Assembly (NCBI GenBank): GCA_048882505.1 | Contig: JBHLRO010000022.1 | Location: forward strand, 31,362-63,361 | DNA: 32,000 nucleotides | Source: Candidatus Thorarchaeota archaeon | GTDB lineage: Archaea; Asgardarchaeota; Heimdallarchaeia; Hodarchaeales; Hodarchaeaceae | Direction: 5' to 3' | Shown: positions 1 through 9,030 of the stretch, in pieces | Numbering within the stretch: the first letter of the stretch is position 1 | How the letters are laid out: each line of letters starts with the position of its first letter | Translations under genes and position numbers: made by a program | The notes under the pieces: model-generated | What the model was told of the DNA's origin: nothing | The model's database searches: none | What the model saw: only the letters and a program-made list of their open reading frames with translations

Positions 1-2
1 TT

Positions 3-734
3 TTTTTCAGCTTTGCTTTCGTTTCAGCTGAAGCTTTCTATTCCTCCTCTGACTTATCCATATTTGATGCACTATTGCCTGTTGCCTGGGAAATTGGGGG
101 AGCTGTAATTTTGGGAATTTTAATTGCGTTAATGATGCGTCCCATTCATATTGAAGGAGTGGAGGTATATCGAAGCGCAGAATATGTCTTTCCTGCAATT
201 TTGATTTGTATTGCGCTTGCGGGGCTATTAGATTTTTCCGTAATGCTTAGTTGTATCGTTCTAGGGCTGACATTAAGTAATATGGCTCATTGTGAAGACA
301 TGGACTGCGTTAGATCAGTGGAACGGCTTAGTCAGCCTCTAATTGCCCTATTTTTCATTCTCGTGGGTTTTGAAATGGATTTAGCTCTACTGGTAACGCC
401 TACCTTTGTCGGAATTCTTTTATACTTCCTCTCGCGCGCTGGAGGGAAATCATTGGGTGCTTATGCCAGTGCGAGGATTTCCAATCAACCAGAAAAAGTA
501 ACGACAAATTTACCTCTTACTCTCTATACGCAAGCCGGAGTAGCTCTCGGACTGGTTGCATTTGCATACTCAAGGTTGTCTGATATTGGAACAATCGAGG
601 CAACTAGTGCCGCGCATCTTTTATTAGATATCATTATCGTCAGCGTGCTACTGGCTGAGCTGGTGGGTCCACTATTCATTAAGAAAGCTTTGTTTAGATC
701 TGGAGAGGCAAAAGATTCGATTAATTCTGTTTAA
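3..734 (+). CDS. Cation:proton antiporter (CPA2/Na_H_Exchanger family), 5' truncated by the window edge
   Basis: The frame is open from position 3 (FFSFAFVSAEAF...DALLPVAWEIGG), so the gene starts upstream of the window. It has multiple TM segments, CPA-type motifs FFILVGFEMD, SRAGGKSLGAY and QAGVALGL, and a terminal ELVGPLFIKKAL helix. Confidence 0.85.
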   Translation, partial: FFSFAFVSAEAFYSSSDLSIFDALLPVAWEIGGAVILGILIALMMRPIHIEGVEVYRSAEYVFPAILICIALAGLLDFSVMLSCIVLGLTLSNMAHCEDMDCVRSVERLSQPLIALFFILVGFEMDLALLVTPTFVGILLYFLSRAGGKSLGAYASARISNQPEKVTTNLPLTLYTQAGVALGLVAFAYSRLSDIGTIEATSAAHLLLDIIIVSVLLAELVGPLFIKKALFRSGEAKDSINSV

Positions 735-748
735 AATTATGCATCTAC

Positions 749-1507
749 TTAGAAGATCCTTTCGAAATTGATCGAAAAACCGATTTTTCTTAGTGATTTT
801 AGAAATGTGGCAGCTTCATCTATCTCTGTTGTCTTATAACTTGCAACAACCGCGGGAATCAAGCCTGCGCCCGCAGATTTTATTAATTTAGCTGGCGTTG
901 ATTTTGTTTGATTCAGTCTCTCTTCAATAATCTGTTTTCTTATCAAACTGGTCCTATCAATAAAACTCAGAATAAGGACTCCATATCGCTGTGGTTTGTC
1001 CTCCCCAATTTTAACATCGGGCCTCCTTTCCTCCTTTTCTCCTCCAGAGAAGACTCCCTTAAGCGTTTCCTGAATCTTACTTCCCGTTTTTAGTGCTAGA
1101 TCTGATAGCTGGTCAATTCCACGAATAAATCCATCAACTATCCCTGACGACTGCCCTTTACCATCAAAAAATAGCGTTTGATAAACAATTTCGTAGAATC
1201 TAGGTTCATAGATCATGTTGTATCTAGGTGGATAACCTACTTGGTCTTTTATCAATCGATAAGCGAACGAACCGCCAGGAATAAGTGAAAGAAGAGCAGA
1301 GAATGTTGATTCTAGGGCAACAATTTTGGCTACTTCTACGAGGCCTTCTATATTTTGTTTATTGATCCAAAAACAACGGCCCTTTTTATCCACCAATCCT
1401 CCTACTAGATAACCCTGGAATACTTCTAAAACAGTGCAGTCTTTGAACCCTAACATTTGACGGGCAAAATCACGAATCTTTAGCTCCTCTTGCTCATTGA
1501 AGCTCAT
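749..1507 (-). CDS. Hypothetical protein, 252 aa
   Basis: Long ORF with ATG start and protein-like composition; no family recognised. Confidence 0.7.
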   Translation of the reverse strand: MSFNEQEELKIRDFARQMLGFKDCTVLEVFQGYLVGGLVDKKGRCFWINKQNIEGLVEVAKIVALESTFSALLSLIPGGSFAYRLIKDQVGYPPRYNMIYEPRFYEIVYQTLFFDGKGQSSGIVDGFIRGIDQLSDLALKTGSKIQETLKGVFSGGEKEERRPDVKIGEDKPQRYGVLILSFIDRTSLIRKQIIEERLNQTKSTPAKLIKSAGAGLIPAVVASYKTTEIDEAATFLKSLRKIGFSINFERIF

Positions 1508-1637
1508 TTAAAACCCATGGAGCCATTAATAAGTTCCCCCATTAAAAGTTTTAATGGGGAATAGCAGTGCCTCTTCAATTTTCCATTGATTGATGGTAGA
1601 TTATCCTACCTTTGGAGCCTCTCTTGAACCTGAAAGG

Positions 1638-1910
1638 CTATTTTTTTGCAACCAATTTAGCAAATTTATATTGTTTGGTCCCTTGTGCGGGTACGGCTAT
1701 TAAAGCGTTACTACCCGCCGCCTATATAACAATAAATCCCTCTGTTCCGCGTATCATTATCTCCTCCATGTCTCCCCTTTCGGGAGGTTTAACAGCACGT
1801 TATGAAATACTTAAAGAAACCGCCGCCAAAGCAGATGCTATGCGTTCACCGTCCACAAAAGTAGAAGCTAATGGAGGTTTGTCCTGTTATAAAACTTTAA
1901 TTGATACCAT
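1638..1910 (-). pseudogene. Roadblock/LC7 (MglB-like) domain pseudogene
   Basis: The minus strand reads MVSIKVL*QDKPPLASTFVDGERIASALAAVSLSIS*RAVKPPERGDMEEIMIRGTEGFIVI*AAGSNALIAVPAQGTKQYKFAKLVAKK*. The core matches the roadblock consensus (ERIAA..A..LS.SERA...L.RG.MEE..I.G..G.IV...AG..A.L.V). In-frame stops lie at 1887-1889, 1800-1802 and 1722-1724. Confidence 0.8.
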
Positions 1911-2275
1911 TCTCTGCAATTTTCCTTGTTACCCCCCTGAGTAATGTGGAGAGCTCCTATAATGAAGTACGACGTTCTTGATCGGCGAGTATGACCAGTT
2001 TCTTCTCGAGGTATGGTGAGGAGCGTTAAGAAAAACATATCTGGAGAAGGTATCCGTCAAAAGCCTATTGTTCGTTTTATTAGTGATGCCACAAATTAAA
2101 CACTTGTATCGTGAAATACCACCTCACATTAGTATAGCAGACCTATTAGGAGCCGCCCACTCCTTCAACCAATTAAGAAAACTATTTAACCCTTGTAAGA
2201 GAGTTCGATCCTCAGTTTTCCGAGAAAGCCCGTAAACCGTGATAATTCCTCTCCTATTCCACGCTTTCTAGAATA

Positions 2276-3874
2276 ATGTCTAAGACCGTATGGACAATGA
2301 CAGTAGATAGCCAAGATGACGCAATTCAAATCCTTTATTTCAAGGGTGAACACTGTGCCCCGTGTAAACCCGTGGAGAAGCATTTGAAACGGATAGTTGA
2401 AACAAGTCAAGGGAAAGCCCTTATGACGACCATCGACACGGATGAACATGCTGAAATTGCTTCTCGATACGGCGTCAAACAGGTTCCACACGTCTTATTC
2501 AATGAGGAGATAGTGCTAACTGCAGGGCAAGCCAGTGGAATGGTGGGCTTTGGTGAATTTGACCAGTATGACTTATTCAATTACCTATTTAACAAGCTGA
2601 TTGAGGCTGGGGTCAAAGCAAGCGAAGCAGAACGAGATCGCTGGCGAAAATTGTCGATTATCACAGTGTCTGAACGGTTGATAAATGTAGAAGAAAGTGG
2701 TATTGTAACAAGACCCTCAGTAGGAGATTATGTTCATATTGGGCATCTTCAATCAATCGTAACGTCTTTACTAGCTATCAATCCTTCCGCCAAAACATAC
2801 CTATTTCGCGCGGGAGAGATGGCCGGAAAATTCGGCGCAGCGCAATCTTGGCTCGGACGCTATAACCCGAACATTATGTCCACCAATCGGATGGGTGACC
2901 GATTCAAGGAGGTTTTGAAAGGTTTTCGAGTTCTTTACGGTAAGAATCCCATGGAATCAAAGGTAGCGTCGGAGTTGAACTACACCCAATCCTCTCCATA
3001 TCACGCCACGCTTAAGATCATGGGTTCTGCTCATGCCGTTCGGAACTCCGAAATTGGGCAAGATGTTTGTGGGTTCTTGGCCGGGGAGATTTCAGGATTG
3101 CTAGAAGTCACCTTGGGAGAAAAAGCGGCGGTAGTTGAGACTAAATGTTGGGGCCTTGGACATGACCATTGTGAATTCGATATACGGCTGAATGAAAACT
3201 CAGATCACTATTTAGTTCCCTTCTCCAATGCCAAGGAATTTTTTGGAACAGATGACCGTCTTCGATTCGAGCTATCCCTCGCTGAAATCTCGAGAAATAT
3301 GTTTGATTCGATCTTACGTCGTCCTTACGGACTTTTGCGACCAGATATTGGAGATTACATCCATATTTCCTCTCTCCAACATATTCTGACCTCATTGAAA
3401 TTCTCAGATCCTTTCAATTCTACACTCCTCTCCTATGCAGGATTACATTATGGACAAATACTGGAGGATGTAGGTATTATTTCAAGGATTATGACACGCC
3501 GCAATCTCAAATATTCTTTTCCCATGGAATTTGATCAGGCATGTGAGGTTCTTGGATATTACTTTAGCACACCTGGAATGATATATGCTCGTATCCACGC
3601 AGATATGACTGTTGAGATGAAGGATGACGAAACAGCGATCTTTAAAATGTGGGAGAGCGCTGCCACTTCTGGTATTGATCTTTCAACCGTTGATTTATCG
3701 GCACTATTCCCTGGAACGGAAAAACCTGCTACCATAAACACGTTGGATGATTTCATGGCAGGTTTTATCAACGGTCGTTTGGATTTATTGGTGGAGGAAG
3801 ATGTGATTGTTCATGAAGCACGTTGTCAGGCTAGCGGGCACCCGTATTGCGAATTCGTAGCGGAACTAGACTGA
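2276..3874 (+). CDS. Thioredoxin-fold domain fused to two tandem V4R domains
   Basis: N-terminal HCAPCKPV (CxxC) and a cis-Pro QVPHVLF motif. Two internal repeats (RPSVGDYVHIGHLQ / RPDIGDYIHISSLQ) each end in the V4R signature ExxCxxxGxxxCEF. Confidence 0.85.
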   Translation: MSKTVWTMTVDSQDDAIQILYFKGEHCAPCKPVEKHLKRIVETSQGKALMTTIDTDEHAEIASRYGVKQVPHVLFNEEIVLTAGQASGMVGFGEFDQYDLFNYLFNKLIEAGVKASEAERDRWRKLSIITVSERLINVEESGIVTRPSVGDYVHIGHLQSIVTSLLAINPSAKTYLFRAGEMAGKFGAAQSWLGRYNPNIMSTNRMGDRFKEVLKGFRVLYGKNPMESKVASELNYTQSSPYHATLKIMGSAHAVRNSEIGQDVCGFLAGEISGLLEVTLGEKAAVVETKCWGLGHDHCEFDIRLNENSDHYLVPFSNAKEFFGTDDRLRFELSLAEISRNMFDSILRRPYGLLRPDIGDYIHISSLQHILTSLKFSDPFNSTLLSYAGLHYGQILEDVGIISRIMTRRNLKYSFPMEFDQACEVLGYYFSTPGMIYARIHADMTVEMKDDETAIFKMWESAATSGIDLSTVDLSALFPGTEKPATINTLDDFMAGFINGRLDLLVEEDVIVHEARCQASGHPYCEFVAELD

Positions 3875-5128
3875 CGATGCTTCAGCCGACCGAATCTCCC
3901 GATTTGGAGAATCATCTGTAAGGGCCCGTATCGAGGAAACCGCGAGGATTCCCAACCCTAGGATGCATAACAACGCGGAAATCGCAAAAAATGGATTTTC
4001 TGTTATTTTTGAATATGCTTCAATAGACCAAAGAAGCGACCACCAGATTTCTCCTATGTAAACCATTGTAAGACCGCCGACCAAGCCTAAAAGTGCGTAG
4101 TCAGACCAAAGCGCAATCTCAGTTTCCTTATCCTTTTTGATTCTAAGAACGAGCATAATGGAATAGAATGCAAAGAAAAATGGAATATAATGAGGGTATA
4201 GGATACGATTAAACATCAGAAATATAGTCATCAAAGGGACAACCGTCTCCAAAATCCATCGTTGGGAAATCACAGGTGATCGAATGACAAGATACATGAG
4301 ACAAATCGTGAGCAATGTGAACTGAATTAAAAATGGAAGTAATGTGGTCGAAAATTCGGTGAAAAAATAGGTATATAATGACATACTGGGATCTGGTCGG
4401 GTCGCGTGAATCAGAAAGACATCCTCTATATATTGTGAGGGAGCAAGAATTAGGAAAGGAAAGGAGACCATAAGAAATAATGCCCCTGCAATTCCCCAGG
4501 TCCACAGAACCTGCCATTTCCGTGCTCGAATCCCCCATACCAAAAGAGGAAGCATATATATACCTGCTGTTGGTTTGGTTAGCAGTGCAAGACCAAATCC
4601 CACACCGCCTAGTATGTAATTGTCATTCAAAATAGCAATAAACGCCATTAAAACAAAGATGAGCATAAAACCTTCGTGATAACCTCCGAAGACAACTCCT
4701 AGCGTTGCTGGATTTAGCAAAAACCAATTCATGGCTAGAAGGGAAACAGTTCGACTTTGAGGGATATTTTCGGTAATTTTAGACACAAGAAGATAAAGTA
4801 AAACTCCGTTAATTAGGTTACAGATTATTAAAAATATTTTAACTCCTTGCCATGTAACGTTTTCGACCCCCACTATGCCCATCAATGCTGCCAAGGTGTA
4901 TAAATAGAGCGGTGGATACTGTGGCCTAGGAAGACGCTTCCCTTCCAATACTATGGCGCCTATGTCACGGTAAAGGAGTTTACCTCTCGAAATTTCCTTC
5001 GCCGCTTCAAATTGAAGAACAAAATCCACTGGATTAAAATATAAGAGCCCTACCACCAAGTGTACAAGTAAATTTACAAAAAACGAAACCTTAACTCGCT
5101 GTAAATGATTCATATTGCTCAGAAACAT
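3866..5128 (-). CDS. GT-C fold membrane glycosyltransferase (GT87/PIG-M-like)
   Basis: About 10 TM segments, an N-terminal loop D..F...YPPLYLY, and motifs NPATL..V.GGYHEG, ALLTKP and YPHY typical of polyprenyl-phosphate-sugar dependent transferases. Confidence 0.75.
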   Translation of the reverse strand: MFLSNMNHLQRVKVSFFVNLLVHLVVGLLYFNPVDFVLQFEAAKEISRGKLLYRDIGAIVLEGKRLPRPQYPPLYLYTLAALMGIVGVENVTWQGVKIFLIICNLINGVLLYLLVSKITENIPQSRTVSLLAMNWFLLNPATLGVVFGGYHEGFMLIFVLMAFIAILNDNYILGGVGFGLALLTKPTAGIYMLPLLVWGIRARKWQVLWTWGIAGALFLMVSFPFLILAPSQYIEDVFLIHATRPDPSMSLYTYFFTEFSTTLLPFLIQFTLLTICLMYLVIRSPVISQRWILETVVPLMTIFLMFNRILYPHYIPFFFAFYSIMLVLRIKKDKETEIALWSDYALLGLVGGLTMVYIGEIWWSLLWSIEAYSKITENPFFAISALLCILGLGILAVSSIRALTDDSPNREIRSAEASSV

Positions 5129-5519
5129 ATAGTTCCCTGTCTTTGTAAAAGAGTACTAGAAGGATCAGGACATTTCGAAAATAAACTATATCCCGACTTA
5201 TATCGCTTTTCAGGAAAAAGCCCTGCTTATCATATGTATCGTATTATCCACCAATTAGTATGGAGGTTGTACCTAAGGCGCGTGTGGTCCATTGGTGGAG
5301 CTGATTAGCTATTTTCTTTTCGGGTTTCATCAACTAGCTTGAAAAACAGGAAGGTGTACTCGGAAATGACAAAATACTAGGAAAATTTTTCGCTTACGTG
5401 TATTCTGGTGCAGCTGGGAATATGTGAATCCGTCCACCAGCGGTGAGGTTATTAAATGTTCTCTTTATAAGATCAAGATCAGTGAATATACGGCACCGAA
5501 AAGATAGGCGAATTCCTGG

Positions 5520-6881
5520 TTAAGCCGCTTCTCCGTACAGTCGTTTAATCCTACTACGCCAAGGTAGGAACTCATCGGGACTTCTTGGATAATTTTCATA
5601 GAGATCCCTGGCATTGTTCATTCTGTTAAGGATTCCTCGAAATTTGAGAAGCGTTCCCAGCATAGTTCTGCCACGCCATATTCGTCCGAGGTTCTTTGTG
5701 AAGCTGCCACCAGATAGTTGCCCCGTTGCATTACCATATAGAAGATCGTCCTCTTGTAGGATCCGTTTATGAAAAACTTTATTTATGAGTTCACTGGGCA
5801 TCGGAACAATGAAATCTTTCATAATTGCTAATGGGGCCGTTACAGGGGCAATGGTTGTCATAAACTCGACACTGTAATCCCATAGCCCATTCTGTGAGAC
5901 ATCCCCATTTTCTAATGCTTTAGTAATAGTTTTTGTTGCCATTGCCGCAGCATTGACACTTATTCCTATTCCCCCGCCATCAGTGGGTTTAACTTGAGTC
6001 CCCGCATCGCCTATCAACATAAAACCGTTCCAAACCAAATTATCCTGTGGTCGTCTTAAAGGAACCGGCCAACCTCCACCATGTATGATCTCAGAGTCCT
6101 TGTAAAATCCTTTGACGGACTCCATGAATACTTGAAATTGTTTTTGCGGACTCAAATTGTTGATTTTCATTACTCCTAATCCGACATTCATACTCTTGGG
6201 CCCTCGTGGAAACTCCCAAATATATCCTCCGGGACAGATTTCTTGATCGAACATTAGACGTATGAATTCAGGAGATTCAATTTCTGTTTCCGTGTCCCGA
6301 AGTTCCCGGTAACATTTACAGACATCTTTTGGATCCAAGAACCGATCCATATAGGTTTTTTCTGGATCTAAATTTCTCCTGAGGAAGGCGTTTATCCCCG
6401 TGGCGTCTATTGTAACTTTTGCAAAGTCTTCCTTAAGCGTACTATCTTTTTCTCGATATCGAATCCCGATTACACTATCCTTTTCCACAATGGGCTCCTT
6501 AACCCTAGTATCATCAATGAGCTCGGCCCCATAGTCCATGGCCGTTTCTAATGTACGCATGCCCATTTTAAAGCGATCAAGGATGACACCCGTGCTATTT
6601 TTTTCGACGAGTTCAAGTTTTACTTCTCTGTCGGGGGAATATAGCCAGGCCCCTTTAACCCGTTGAAGGATTTCATCTCCTTTCGGAGGAGAAACCCCTA
6701 TTATCGATTCAATCTTTTTAAAATGATCAAGACTCGAAGCGTCACCACAGATTTTGACACCGATATCATCTTTAGGTAATCGATCATAAAGAGCGACCTT
6801 TAGCCCATGATGCGCCAGTCCAGCCGCCGCTACAGAACCCGCGGTGCCCGCACCAGCAACTATAACGTCGTAATTGGTCAT
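5520..6881 (-). CDS. Geranylgeranyl reductase family flavoprotein (DGGGPL reductase-like)
   Basis: Motifs DVIVAGAGTAG (FAD), ICGDA, PGGYIWEFP (PxxYxWxFP) and GDA..QVKP.DGGGI. The start is placed at ATG 6881 (MTNYD) rather than the ORF-track start at 6947. Confidence 0.9.
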   Translation of the reverse strand: MTNYDVIVAGAGTAGSVAAAGLAHHGLKVALYDRLPKDDIGVKICGDASSLDHFKKIESIIGVSPPKGDEILQRVKGAWLYSPDREVKLELVEKNSTGVILDRFKMGMRTLETAMDYGAELIDDTRVKEPIVEKDSVIGIRYREKDSTLKEDFAKVTIDATGINAFLRRNLDPEKTYMDRFLDPKDVCKCYRELRDTETEIESPEFIRLMFDQEICPGGYIWEFPRGPKSMNVGLGVMKINNLSPQKQFQVFMESVKGFYKDSEIIHGGGWPVPLRRPQDNLVWNGFMLIGDAGTQVKPTDGGGIGISVNAAAMATKTITKALENGDVSQNGLWDYSVEFMTTIAPVTAPLAIMKDFIVPMPSELINKVFHKRILQEDDLLYGNATGQLSGGSFTKNLGRIWRGRTMLGTLLKFRGILNRMNNARDLYENYPRSPDEFLPWRSRIKRLYGEAA

Positions 6882-7225
6882 TTTCCTCACGTTAAACATG
6901 ATGAATGGGATCTTATCAATTGCGCTGCATGAATTTAGTATAATCAAAAACCACGATGAAAGAACCTAGATAATGGACCGAAATTTCTTCTCAGGTCAAT
7001 ATATTATCCAAACTCTCTGACTAAGCATGCTGCAATTAAACGTGGATCTCCCTGGACTTCCTGAGAAAAATCTCTCTGAATTTTCTTTAAGATTCTAATT
7101 CATTGGTTCGCCTTGTTAAAATTGCATTCTCACCGATGCGAGAAACGAAAAATAACGTAAATAATTTGATTACGATGTGTACACGTTCAACTTTTATCTA
7201 CAGTAATGACAAGAAGAGTTCACCC

Positions 7226-8839
7226 ATGGCAACTAAATTACACCCGACAACACAATTCTATCTGTTTTTAGCCCTTCTTATAGGGGTTGTTATTGGCTCT
7301 GGAGGAGGCTTCATTATGTTTTCAATAGTCAACCCTAACCAACCTGCTAGAGAAACAGTAACTTTTGACATCGGAGCTTATCAATGGGGCTTTGATCCCA
7401 ATAGAATTGAAGTAAAACTCGGAGACCACGTGGTCTTGAGATTTTCAAGTAACGCAACTACGGAACCCGCTTACACAAGGCATTCAATTATTATTCAAAC
7501 CTATAATATAAGCGCTGATTTGCCCGTTGGTCAGATTACAATTGTAGAATTTGACGCGACTGTCCCTGGAGAATTTCTTGGTGAATGTGGTATCTTTTGC
7601 GGACGAGATCATGCAGCTATGTCTATGACGATCGTTGTGAGCGGAGCTGAGGAAGATGCTCCTGAACAGGACTTACAACCAGTCACCCAACTTGGCCAAG
7701 GTGTTACTGCCGGAACCTGGAATAACTCTGACGTAATGGTTATAGTCGAGAGAGAAGCCAGATCAATATCGTTTATTGATGGAAGCAGTAATACATACCT
7801 CGGAAGATTGTCAGGAATTGGTTATCAACCACATACAGTTGTGTTTTCTAGTAATTTAACATTTGGCTACATCATCGGACGAGGAGGATGGTTTGTAAAA
7901 TTTGGTTTGGATGATTTTCAAGCTAAAGCGTGGATAAAAGTCGGAACTTCAAGTAGAGGAACGGCTATTAGTAACGATGATAACTATGTGCTGGTAAGTA
8001 ACTATGAGCCGTCAAGTTTCGTGATCGTCAATACAAGGACAATGGAAATCGCTAAAGACTACCAAATCCCAATCCCATACGATGAAAACGGAACTACGGA
8101 AGGATCCCGGGTTGCATCGATCATTGATACGCCGAACAACCTGATGGTCATTGCAATGAAAGATCTAGGTGAAGTGTGGGTAGTTAATATGTCGGAACCG
8201 AACTTCCCTGTCGCAAAAATATTCTACGATGTCGGAGAGGTTCTTCATGACGCATTTTTAACTGAAGATGGACGGTATTACTTCCTAGCTAGTCAGGGGT
8301 CAAACTGGATTTGGGTTCTAGATACGGAGACCTTAACAGAGGTAGCACGGATTACTACTGGAGAAAAACCACACCCTGGTCCAGGTGCACTATGGGGTGA
8401 TTTGGCTTTCTCACCATCTATTGGTGAGGGAAGATTAAACATTTGGAATACCACTTCATTTACGATGCACAGAAATATTACACACGGTGGTCCGGGATTG
8501 TTTATTCGATCCTATTCCAGAAATGCTTCCTATCCTTATATTTGGTGGGATACCATACTATCCTCCGATCCTGCTGAAAACAGATTAATCCATGTACTCG
8601 ATGCAAGAACTATAGATGATCCTACTCCACTGATCTACGATTTAGCCCCAGGAAACGGATCCCTTCATCCCGAGTTCACCTATAATGGAAAATATGTCTA
8701 TGTATCACTTTGGCACGAAAGTAAAGTAGTCGTGTACGATGCCTACAACTTCAATGATGGGCCAATAACATCATTTATCATTACAACGCCAACAGGGATC
8801 TTTAATGCCGGATTACGCGTCGAAGAAGTAGGGCTGTAA
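7226..8839 (+). CDS. Membrane-anchored CuA cupredoxin plus cytochrome d1 heme-binding beta-propeller (NirS-like, no heme c domain)
   Basis: N-terminal TM helix; cupredoxin with YQWGF, H (7481) and CGIFCGRDHAAM (7586-7621). The propeller carries QPH, VLHDA, KPHPGPG, GLFIRSY, LHPEFT and TPTGIFN motifs like NirS/NirN/NirF. The probable start is ATG 7226; the ORF track extends to TTG 7103. Confidence 0.85.
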   Translation: MATKLHPTTQFYLFLALLIGVVIGSGGGFIMFSIVNPNQPARETVTFDIGAYQWGFDPNRIEVKLGDHVVLRFSSNATTEPAYTRHSIIIQTYNISADLPVGQITIVEFDATVPGEFLGECGIFCGRDHAAMSMTIVVSGAEEDAPEQDLQPVTQLGQGVTAGTWNNSDVMVIVEREARSISFIDGSSNTYLGRLSGIGYQPHTVVFSSNLTFGYIIGRGGWFVKFGLDDFQAKAWIKVGTSSRGTAISNDDNYVLVSNYEPSSFVIVNTRTMEIAKDYQIPIPYDENGTTEGSRVASIIDTPNNLMVIAMKDLGEVWVVNMSEPNFPVAKIFYDVGEVLHDAFLTEDGRYYFLASQGSNWIWVLDTETLTEVARITTGEKPHPGPGALWGDLAFSPSIGEGRLNIWNTTSFTMHRNITHGGPGLFIRSYSRNASYPYIWWDTILSSDPAENRLIHVLDARTIDDPTPLIYDLAPGNGSLHPEFTYNGKYVYVSLWHESKVVVYDAYNFNDGPITSFIITTPTGIFNAGLRVEEVGL

Positions 8840-8877
8840 GTATTTTTTAATACAGCACTGGCTCATTTTGAGCCCCT

Positions 8878-8900
8878 ATTTTTCTCTTTTCTTTTTTTTA
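8878..8900 (+). terminator. T-rich tract, probable archaeal terminator of the NirS-like gene
   Basis: The run ttttttctcttttctttttttta lies about 40 nt after the stop codon, between convergent genes. Confidence 0.45.
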
Positions 8901-9030
8901 GCGTTAGATTGGTACTCATCTATAAGGAGCTGATATGTACGAATAAGAAGCTGCTCGAAGTTGCCTCAGAAGCTTATGGAGAGAACAATTTAATTTAAAT
9001 CTCAATTCACCCGAATCTACCCAAATCGCC

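Noticed and set aside
1638-1910. Stop-codon reassignment as an explanation of the in-frame TAA/TAG codons
   Set aside because: Both TAA and TAG terminate clear genes elsewhere in the window, and a probable frameshift is also present.
1612-1944. Plus-strand 110-aa ORF in the track
   Set aside because: It is the antisense shadow of the roadblock pseudogene, has a TTG start and shows no protein-like motif.
1929-2133. Minus-strand frame GISRYKCLICGITNK... upstream of the roadblock remnant
   Set aside because: It has no start codon and only one CxxC. It may be decayed sequence but cannot be supported.
7226-8839. Nitrous oxide reductase NosZ (also propeller plus CuA)
   Set aside because: The domain order is reversed (NosZ has a C-terminal CuA), the CuZ histidine set is absent, and the propeller motifs match the d1 family.
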